Below are positions 26,301 to 36,769 of a stretch of DNA of 36,769 bases, piece after piece. The DNA is taken from NCBI GenBank assembly GCA_002189035.1, contig NEEC01000410.1:1-36769 (forward strand), in the 5' to 3' direction. A program made the translations under genes and the position numbers. The notes beneath the pieces were generated by a model, which saw nothing but the letters and a program-made list of their open reading frames with translations, was not told where the DNA came from and ran no database searches. This DNA is from Utricularia gibba. Lineage: Eukaryota; Plantae; Magnoliophyta. Numbering within the stretch: position 1 is the first letter of the stretch; each line of letters opens with the position of its first letter.

Positions 26301-29300
26301 ACTTGATCGCATAGTAGATGAAGTCTGACACCATATGTTTTGGCTTTGATTGATGCATTTAGTTGCTATGATACTTCTGATTCTTGATGCACCATTCCCG
26401 TATACCATGTCTCTAGTGGCTATTTGATTCTTTTGCTTGTATGTTGTTCGCATCAATTTCGAGAACATGAAGCACATTATTAAATGCAGTCACCACGGAA
26501 TGCCGTGAGACACTTTTCGTTGTGGCTTGTTTTTAATATGTCCACAGTTATCGGACAAACGTAACTCCAAATTATAATACTTGGAGCTCGAAAGGGCTTC
26601 CAACAGTGTGCTATGAAGAGCAAGGATCTGCATGTTATGCAAGAGGTGCTTCGCGGACCAGGATGTGCGACGTAGTCATTTCATTGCGCATCATCATTCG
26701 GGGTGCATCCTAAAAATCACACGTGCACCGGATTCATTAAAAATAAATATTTACGCATATCCAGATTATAACAGTGTTGGGATAAGTGATGCCACGAAAT
26801 TCATGATGTAGCATGTGACTTTTTTCCAACTTGATCGCATAGTAGATGAATCTGACACCATATGTTTTGGCTGTTGATTGATGCATTTAGTTGCTATGAT
26901 ACTTCTGATTCTTGATGCACCATTCCCGTATACCATGTCTCTAGTGGCTATTTGATTCTTTTGCTTGTATGTTGTTCGCATCAATTTCGAGAACATGAAG
27001 CACATTATTAAATGCAGTCACCACGGAATGCCACGTGAGACACTTTTCGTTGTGGCTTGTTTTTAATATGTCCACAGTTATCGGACAAACGTAACTCCAA
27101 ATTATAATACTTGGAGCTCGAAAGGGCTTCCCAACAGTGTGCTATGAAGAGCAAGGATCTGCATGTTATGCAAGAGGTGCTTCGCGGACCAGGATGTGCG
27201 ACGTAGTCATTTCATTGCGCATCATCATTCGGGGTGCATCTAAAAATCACACGTGCACCGGATTCATTAAAAATAAATATTTACGCATATCCAGATTATA
27301 TAACAGTGTTGGGATAAGTGATGCCACGAAAATTCATGATGTAGCATGTGACTTTTTTCCAACTTGATCGCATAGTAGATGAATCTGACACCATATGTTT
27401 TGGCTGTTGATTGATGCATTTAGTTGCTATGATACTTCTGATTCTTGATGCACCATTCCCGTATACCATGTCTCTAGTGGCTATTTGATTCTTTTGCTTG
27501 TATGTTGTTCGCATCAATTTCGAGAACATGAAGCACATTATTAAATGCAGTCACCACGGAATGCCACGTGAGACACTTTTCGTTGTGGCTTGTTTTTAAT
27601 ATGTCCACAGTTATCGGACAAACGTAACTCCAAATTATAATACTTGGAGCTCGAAAAGGGCTTCCCAACAGTGTGCTATGAAGAGCAAGGATCTGCATGT
27701 TATGCAAGAGGTGCTTCGCGGACCAGGATGTGCGACGTAGTCATTTCATTGCGCATCATCATTCGGGGTGCATCCTAAAAATCACGTGCACGGATTCATT
27801 AAAAATAAATATTTACGCATATCCAGATTATATAACAGTGTTGGGATAAGTGATGCCACGAAATTCATGATGTAGCATGTGACTTTTTTCCAACTTGATC
27901 GCATAGTAGATGAAGTCTGACACCATATGTTTTGGCTTTGATTGATGCATTTAGTTGCTATGATACTTCTGATTCTTGATGCACCATTCCCGTATACCAT
28001 GTCTCTAGTGGCTATTTGATTCTTTTGCCTTGTATGTTGTTCGCATCAATTTCGAGAACATGAAGCACATTATTAAAAGCAGTCACCACGGAATGCCACG
28101 TGAGACACTTTTCGTTGTGGCTTTTTTAATATGTCCACAGTTATCGGACAAACGTAACTCCAAATTATAATACTTGGAGCTCGAAAAGGGCTTCCCAACA
28201 GTGTGCTATGAAGAGCAAGGATCTGCATGTTATGCAAGAGGTGCTTCGCGGAAGGATGTGCGACGTAGTCATTTCATTGCGCATCATCATTCGGGGTGCA
28301 TCCTAAAAATCACACGTGCACGGGATTCATTAAAAATAAATATTTACGCATATCCAGATTATATAACAGTGTTGGGATAAGTGATGCCACGAAATTCATG
28401 ATGTAGCATGTGACTTTTTTCCAACTTGATCGCATAGTAGATGAAGTCTGACACCATATGTTTTGGCTGTTGATTGATGCATTTAGTTGCTATGATACTT
28501 CTGATTCTTGATGCACCATTCCCGTATACCATGTCTCTAGTGGCTATTTGATTCTTTTGCTTGTATGTTGTTCGCATCAATTTCGAGAACATGAAGCACA
28601 TTATTAAATGCAGTCACCACGGAATGCCACGTGAGACACTTTTCGTTGTGGCTTGTTTTTAATATGTCCACAGTTATCGGACAAACGTAACTCCAAATTA
28701 TAATACTTGGAGCTCGAAAGGGCTTCCCAACAGTGTGCTATGAAGAGCAAGGATCTGCATGTTATGCAAGAGGTGCTTCGCGGACCAGGATGTGCGACGT
28801 AGTCATTTCATTGCGCATCATCATTCGGGGTGCATCCTAAAAATCACACGTGCACGGATTCATTAAAAATAATATTTACGCATATCCAGATTATATAACA
28901 GTGTTGGGATAAGTGATGCCACGAAATTCATGATGTAGCATGTGACTTTTTTCCAACTTGATCGCATAGTAGATGAAGTCTGACACCATATGTTTTGGCT
29001 TTGATTGATGCATTTAGTTGCTATGATACTTCTGATTCTTGATGCACCATTCCCGTATACCATGTCTCTAGTGGCTATTTGATTCTTTTGCTTGTATGTT
29101 GTTCGCATCAATTTCGAGAACATGAAGCACATTATTAAATGCAGTCACCACGGAATGCCACGTGAGACACTTTTCGTTGTGGCTTGTTTTTAATATGTCC
29201 ACAGTTATCGGACAAACGTAACTCCAAATTATAATACTTGGAGCTCGAATAGGGCTTCCCAACAGTGTGCTATGAAGAGCAAGGATCTGCATGTTATGCA

Positions 29301-32300
29301 AGAGGTGCTTCGCGGACCAGGATGTGCGACGTAGTCATTTCATTGCGCATCATCATTCGGGGTGCATCCTAAAAATCACACGTGCACGGGATTCATTAAA
29401 AATAAATATTTACGCATATCCAGATTATAACAGTGTTGGGATAAGTGATGCCACGAAATTCATGATGTAGCATGTGACTTTTTTCCAACTTGATCGCATA
29501 GTAGATGAATTCTGACACCATATGTTTTGGCTTTGATTGATGCATTTAGTTGCTATGATACTTCTGATTCTTGATGCACCATTCCCGTATACCATGTCTC
29601 TAGTGGCTATTTGATTCTTTTGCTTGTATGTTGTTCGCATCAATTTCGAGAACATGAAGCACATTATTAAATGCAGTCACCACGGAATGCCACGTGAGAC
29701 ACTTTTCGTTGTGGCTTGTTTTTAATATGTCCACAGTTATCGGACAAACGTAACTCCAAATTATAATACTTGGAGCTCGAAAGGGCTTCCAAACAGTGTG
29801 CTATGAAGAGCAAGGATCTGCATGTTATGCAGAGGTGCTTCGCGGACCAGGATGTGCGACGTAGTCATTTCATTGCGCATCATCATTCGGGGTGCATCCT
29901 AAAAATCACACGTGCACGGATTCATTAAAAATAAATATTTACGCATATCCAGATTATATAACAGTGTTGGGATAAGTGATGCCACGAAATTCATGATGTA
30001 GCATGTGACTTTTTTCCAACTTGATCGCATAGTAGATGAAGTCTGACACCATATGTTTTGGCTTTGATTGATGCATTTAGTTGCTATGATACTTCTGATT
30101 CTTGATGCACCATTCCCGTATACCATGTCTCTAGTGGCTATTTGATTCTTTTGCTTGTATGTTGTTCGCATCAATTTCGAGAACATGAAGCACATTATTA
30201 AATGCAGTCACCACGGAATGCCACGTGAGACACTTTTCGTTGTGGCTTGTTTTTAATATGTCCACAGTTATCGGACAAACGTAACTCCAAATTATAATAC
30301 TTGGAGCTCGAAAAGGGCTTCCCAACAGTGTGCTATGAAGAGCAAGGATCTGCATGTTATGCAAGAGGTGCTTCGCGGACCAGGATGTGCGACGTAGTCA
30401 TTTCATTGCGCATCATCATTCGGGGTGCATCCTAAAAAATCACACGTGCACGGGATTCATTAAAAATAAATATTTACGCATATCCAGAGTTATATAACAG
30501 TGTTGGGATAAGTGATGCCACGAAATTCATGATGTAGCATGTGACTTTTTTCCAACTTGATCGCATAGTAGATGAATCTGACACCATATGTTTTGGCTTT
30601 GATTGATGCATTTAGTTGCTATGATACTTCTGATTCTTGATGCACCATTCCCGTATACCATGTCTCTAGTGGCTATTTGATTCTTTTGCTTGTATGTTGT
30701 TCGCATCAATTTCGAGAACATGAAGCACATTATTAAATGCAGTCACCACGGAATGCCACGTGAGACACTTTTCGTTGTGGCTTGTTTTTAATATGTCCAC
30801 AGTTATCGGACAAACGTAACTCCAAATTATAATACTTGGAGCTCGAAAGGGCTTCCCAACAGTGTGCTATGAAGAGCAAGGATCTGCATGTTATGCAAGA
30901 GGTGCTTCGCGGACCAGGATGTGCGACGTAGTCATTTCATTGCGCATCATCATTCGGGGTGCATCCTAAAAATCACACGTGCACCGGATTCATTAAAAAT
31001 AAATATTTACGCATATCCAGATTATATAACAGTGTTGGGATAAGTGATGCCACGAAATTCATGATGTAGCATGTGACTTTTTTCCAACTTGATCGCATAG
31101 TAGATGAAGTCTGACACCATATGTTTTGGCTTTGATTGATGCATTAGTTGCTATGATACTTCTGATTCTTGATGCACCATTCCCGTATACCATGTCTCTA
31201 GTGGCTATTTGATTCTTTTGCTTGTATGTTGTTCGCATCAATTTCGAGAACATGAAGCACATTATTAAATGCAGTCACCACGGAATGCCACGTGAGACAC
31301 TTTTCGTTGTGGCTTGTTTTTAATATGTCCACAGTTATCGGACAAACGTAACTCAAATTATAATACTTGGAGCTCGAAAAGGGCTTCCCAACAGTGTGCT
31401 ATGAAGAGCAAGGATCTGCATGTTATGCAAGAGGTGCTTCGCGGACCAGGATGTGCGACGTAGTCATTTCATTGCGCATCATCATTCGGGGTGCATCCTA
31501 AAAATCACACGTGCACGGGATTCATTAAAAATAAATATTTACGCATATCCAGATTATAACAGTGTTGGGATAAGTGATGCCACGAAATTCATGATGTAGC
31601 ATGTGACTTTTTTCCAACTTGATCGCATAGTAGATGAATTCTGACACCATATGTTTTGGCTTTTGATTGATGCATTTAGTTGCTATGATACTTCTGATTC
31701 TTGATGCACCATTCCCGTATACCATGTCTCTAGTGGCTATTTGATTCTTTTGCTTGTATGTTGTTCGCATCAATTTCGAGAACATGAAGCACATTATTAA
31801 ATGCAGTCACCACGGAATGCCACGTGAGACACTTTTCGTTGTGGCTTGTTTTTAATATGTCCACAGTTATCGGACAAACGTAACTCCAAATTATATACTT
31901 GGAGCTCGAATAGGGCTTCCCAACAGTGTGCTATGAAGAGCAAGGATCTGCATGTTATGCAAGAGGTGCTTCGCGGACCAGGATGTGCGACGTAGTCATT
32001 TCATTGCGCATCATCATTCGGGGTGCATCCTAAAAATCACACGTGCACCGGATTCATTAAAAATAAATATTTACGCATATCCAGATTATATAACAGTGTT
32101 GGGATAAGTGATGCCACGAAATTCATGATGTAGCATGTGACTTTTTTCCAACTTGATCGCATAGTAGATGAAGTCTGACACCATATGTTTTGGCTTTGAT
32201 TGATGCATTTAGTTGCTATGATACTTCTGATTCTTGATGCACCATTCCCGTATACCATGTCTCTAGTGGCTATTTGATTCTTTTGCTTGTATGTTGTTCA

Positions 32301-35300
32301 TCAATTTCGAGAACATGAAGCACATTATTAAATGCAGTCACCACGGAATGCCACGTGAGACACTTTTCGTTGTGGCTTGTTTTTAATATGTCCACAGTTA
32401 TCGGACAAACGTAACTCCAAATTATAATACTTGGAGCTCGAAAAGGGCTTCCAACAGTGTGCTATGAAGAGCAAGGATCTGCATGTTATGCAAGAGGTGC
32501 TTCGCGGACCAGGATGTGCGACGTAGTCATTTCATTGCGCATCATCATTCGGGGTGCATCCTAAAAATCACACGTGCACGGGATTCATTAAAAATAAATA
32601 TTTACGCATATCCAGATATATAACAGTGTTGGGATAAGTGATGCCACGAAATTCATGATGTAGCATGTGACTTTTTTCCAACTTGATCGCATAGTAGATG
32701 AATCTGACACCATACATCTTTTGATTGATGCATTTAGTTGCTATGATACTTCTGATTCTTGATGCACCATTCCCGTATACCATGTCTCTAGTGGCTATTT
32801 GATTCTTTTGCCTTGTATGTTGTTCGCATCAATTTCGAGAACATGAAGCACATTATTAAATGCAGTCACCGGAATGCCACGTGAGACACTTTTCGTTGTG
32901 GCTTGTTTTTAATATGTCCACAGTTATCGGACAAACGTAACTCCAAATTATAATACTTGGAGCTCGAATAGGGCTTCCCAACAGTGTGCTATGAAGAGCA
33001 AGGATCTGCATGTTATGCAAGAGGTGCTTCGCGACCAGGATGTGCGACGTAGTCATTTCATTGCGCATCATCATTCGGGGTGCATCCTAAAAATCACACG
33101 TGCACCGGATTCATTAAAAATAAATATTACGCATATCCAGATTATATAACAGTGTTGGGATAAGTGATGCCACGAAATTCATGATGTAGCATGTGACTTT
33201 TTTCCAACTTGATCGCATAGTAGATGAAGTCTGACACCATATGTTTTGGCTTTTGATTGATGCATTTAGTTGCTATGATACTTCTGATTCTTGATGCACC
33301 ATTCCCGTATACCATGTCTCTAGTGGCTATTTGATTCTTTTGCCTTGTATGTTGTTCGCATCAATTTCGAGAACATGAAGCACATTATTAAATGCAGTCA
33401 CCACGGAATGCCACGTGAGACACTTTCGTTGTGGCTTTTTTAATATGTCCACAGTTATCGGACAAACGTAACTCCAAATTATAATACTTGGAGCTCGAAA
33501 GGGCTTCCCAACAGTGTGCTATGAAGAGCAAGGATCTGCATGTTATGCAAGAGGTGCTTCGCGGACCAGGATGTGCGACGTAGTCATTTCATTGCGCATC
33601 ATCATTCGGGGTGCATCCTAAAAATCACACGTGCACGGATTCATTAAAAATAAATATTTACGCATATCCAGATTATATAACAGTGTTGGGATAAGTGATG
33701 CCACGAAATTCATGATGTAGCATGTGACTTTTTTCCAACTTGATCGCATAGTAGATGAAGTCTGACACCATATGTTTTGGCTTTGATTGATGCATTTAGT
33801 TGCTATGATACTTCTGATTCTTGATGCACCATTCCCGTATACCATGTCTCTAGTGGCTATTTGATTCTTTTGCTTGTATGTTGTTCGCATCAATTTCGAG
33901 AACATGAAGCACATTATTAAATGCAGTCACCACGGAATGCCACGTGAGACACTTTTCGTTGTGGCTTGTTTTTAATATGTCCACAGTTATCGGACAAACG
34001 TAACTCCAAATTATAATACTTGGAGCTCGAATAGGGCTTCCAACAGTGTGCTATGAAGAGCAAGGATCTGCATGTTATGCAAGAGGTGCTTCGCGGACCA
34101 GGATGTGCGACGTAGTCATTTCATTGCGCATCATCATTCGGGGTGCATCCTAAAAATCACACGTGCACGGGATTCATTAAAAATAAATATTTACGCATAT
34201 CCAGATTATATAACAGTGTTGGGATAAGTGATGCCACGAAATTCATGATGTAGCATGTGACTTTTTTCCAACTTGATCGCATAGTAGATGAAGTCTGACA
34301 CCATATGTTTTGGCTTTTGATTGATGCATTTAGTTGCTATGATACTTCTGATTCTTGATGCACCATTCCCGTATACCATGTCTCTAGGGCTATTTGATTC
34401 TTTTGCCTTGTATGTTGTTCGCATCAATTTCGAGAACATGAAGCACATTATTAAAGCAGTCACCACGGAATGCCACGTGAGACACTTTTCGTTGTGGCTT
34501 TTTTTAATATGTCCACAGTTATCGGACAAACGTAACTCCAAATTATAATACTTGGAGCTCGAAAGGGCTTCCCAACAGTGTGCTATGAAGAGCAAGGATC
34601 TGCATGTTATGCAAGAGGTGCTTCGCGGACCAGGATGTGCGACGTAGTCATTTCATTGCGCATCATCATTCGGGGTGCATCCTAAAAATCACACGTGCAC
34701 GGGATTCATTAAAAATAAATATTTACGCATATCCAGATGTATAACAGTGTTGGGATAAGTGATGCCACGAAATTCATGATGTAGCATGTGACTTTTTTCC
34801 AACTTGATCGCATAGTAGATGAATTCTGACACCATATGTTTTGGCTTTGATTGATGCATTTAGTTGCTATGATACTTCTGATTCTTGATGCACCATTCCC
34901 GTATACCATGTCTCTAGTGGCTATTTGATTCTTTTGACTTGTATGTTGTTCGCATCAATTTCGAGAACATGAAGCACATTATTAAATGCAATCACCACGG
35001 AATGCCACGTGAGACACTTTTCGTTGTGGCTTGTTTTTAATATGTCCACAGTTATCGGACAAACGTAACTCCAAATTATAATACTTGGAGCTCGAATAGG
35101 GCTTCCCAACAGTGTGCTATGAAGAGCAAGGATCTGCATGTTATGCAAGAGGTGCTTCGCGGACCAGGATGTGCGACGTAGTCATTTCATTGCGCATCAT
35201 CATTCGGGTGCATCCTAAAAATCACACGTGCACGGGATTCATTAAAAATAAATATTTACGCATATCCAGATTATATAACAGTGTTGGGATAAGTGATGCC

Positions 35301-35523
35301 ACGAAATTCATGATGTAGCATGTGACTTTTTTCCAACTTGATCGCATAGTAGATGAAGTCTGACACCATATGTTTTGGCTGTTGATTGATGCATTTAGTT
35401 GCTATGATACTTCTGATTCTTGATGCACCATTCCCGTATACCATGTCTCTAGTGGCTATTTGATTCTTTTGCTTGTATGTTGTTCATCAATTTCGAGAAC
35501 ATGAAGCACATTATTAAATGCAG
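23301..35523 (+). repeat. Sub-array enriched for the 1-bp-shorter TTTTGCTTG monomer variant
   Basis: TTTTGCTTG occurs in 17 of copies 45-67 and in none of copies 1-44, which are mostly TTTTGCCTTG. Confidence 0.7.
29145..33397 (+). repeat. Local dimeric higher-order repeat (~1.06 kb period), copies 56-63
   Basis: Even copies 56/58/60/62 have GCACGGG, GAATTC or GAATC, and a non-canonical CCAGA..TAAC. Odd copies 57/59/61/63 have GCACCGG (57: GCACGG), GAAGTC and GATTATAT. Confidence 0.55.
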
Positions 35524-36588
35524 TCACCACGGAATGCCACGTGAGACACTTTTCGTTGTGGCTTGTTTTTAATATGTCCACAGTTATCGGACAAACGTAA
35601 CTCCAAATTATAATACTTGGAGCTCGAAAGGGCTTCCCAACAGTGTGCTATGAAGAGCAAGGATCTGCATGTTATGCAAGAGGTGCTTCGCGGACCAGGA
35701 TGTGCGACGTAGTCATTTCATTGCGCATCATCATTCGGGGTGCATCCTAAAAATCACACGTGCACGGATTCATTAAAAATAAATATTTACGCATATCCAG
35801 ATTATATAACAGTGTTGGGATAAGTGATGCACGAAATTCATGATGTAGCATGTGACTTTTTTCCAACTTGATCGCATAGTAGATGAAGTCTGACACCATA
35901 TGTTTTGGCTTTGATTGATGCATTTAGTTGCTATGATACTTCTGATTCTTGATGCACCATTCCCGTATACCATGTCTCTAGTGGCTATTTGATTCTTTTG
36001 CCTTGTATGTTGTTCGCATCAATTTCGAGAACATGAAGCACATTATTAAATGCAGTCACCACGGAATGCCACGTGAGACACTTTTCGTTGTGGCTTTTTT
36101 AATATGTCCAAGTTATCGGACAAACGTAACTCCAAATTATAATACTTGGAGCTCGAATAGGGCTTCCCAACAGTGTGCTATGAAGAGCAAGGATCTGCAT
36201 GTTATGCAAGAGGTGCTTCGCGGACCAGGATGTGCGACGTAGTCATTTCATTGCGCATCATCATTCGGGGTGCATCCTAAAAATCACACGTGCACGGGAT
36301 TCATTAAAAATAAATATTTACGCATATCCAGATTATATAACAGTGTGTGGGATAAGTGATGCCACGAAATTCATGATGTAGCATGTGACTTTTTTCCAAC
36401 TTGATCGCATAGTAGATGAAGTCTGACACCATATGTTTGGCTTTTGATTGATGCATTTAGTTGCTATGATACTTCTGATTCTTGATGCACCATTCCCGTA
36501 TACCATGTCTCTAGTGGCTATTTGATTCTTTTGCCTTGTATGTTGTTCGCATCAATTTCGAGAACATGAAGCACATTATTAAATGCAG

Positions 36589-36769
36589 TCACCACGGAAT
36601 GCCACGTGAGACACTTTTCGTTGTGGCTTGTTTTTTAATATGTCCACAGTTATCGGACAAACGTAACTCCAAATTATAATACTTGGAGCTCGAATAGGGC
36701 TTCCCAACAGTGTGCTATGAAGAGCAAGGATCTGCATGTTATGCAAGAGGTGCTTCGCGGACCAGGATG
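36589..36769 (+). repeat. Partial terminal monomer (copy 70) truncated by window end
   Basis: Begins TCACCACGGAATG and ends at ...GGACCAGGATG, i.e. monomer positions ~1-180. The array continues beyond the window. Confidence 0.95.

Larger units (their letters stand above)
1..36769. repeat. Tandem (satellite-type) array of ~534-bp monomer, 69 full copies + 181-bp partial, all head-to-tail
   Basis: The anchor TCACCACGGAATGCCACGTG (with minor indels) recurs at 1, 527, 1057, 1581, 2110, 2641, 3176 ... 35524, 36056, 36589. Spacing is 517-537 bp, mean 36588/69 = ~530. No non-repeat sequence and no orientation switch seen. Confidence 0.99.

Noticed and set aside
20061-34937. Possible 28-monomer (~14.9 kb) higher-order period from the shared rare TTTTGACTTG variant in copies 38 and 66
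   Set aside because: Other diagnostic sites do not agree at offset 28 (e.g. copies 27/55, 28/56 and 38/66 differ at GAATTC/GAAGTC).
618-36381. All ~90 listed ORFs (60-129 aa) as protein-coding genes
   Set aside because: They are the same few monomer frames repeated on both strands, with starts and ends set by sporadic indels. I recognise no protein family. The longest (34206-34595, 129 aa) is a fusion made by a 1-bp deletion.
1-36769. CRISPR array
   Set aside because: There are no unique spacers; the entire 534 bp repeats. No cas genes.
1-36769. Viroid/Obelisk-like circular RNA concatemer
   Set aside because: No hammerhead core (CTGATGA...GAAA) seen on either strand, no rod-like self-complementarity and no conserved ORF.

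Overview
The whole 36,769-bp window is one uninterrupted head-to-tail tandem array: 69 complete copies of a ~534-bp monomer (observed 517-537 bp, mean ~530, ~40% GC) plus a 181-bp partial copy. There are no unique flanks, inversions or insertions. None of the six-frame ORFs is a credible gene; they are recurring translations of the same monomer, shuffled by small indels. The deletion-dominated scatter between copies looks like uncorrected long-read noise, but several variants are linked to each other or confined to one region. This points to a real array with monomer subtypes, including a short dimeric higher-order stretch. The main hidden signal is a ~116-118 nt segment in every monomer (+ strand). 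By hand it aligns almost collinearly with land-plant 5S rRNA recalled from memory (~57% identity, transition-rich mismatches). It is followed by a T6 Pol III-type terminator and preceded by C(-1) and GC(-12/-11), but helices II/III and box C are degraded. Best interpretation: a highly homogenised satellite derived from a decayed 5S rDNA unit (5S-like segment plus ~415-bp spacer), probably from a plant. This needs an Infernal RF00001 or alignment check.
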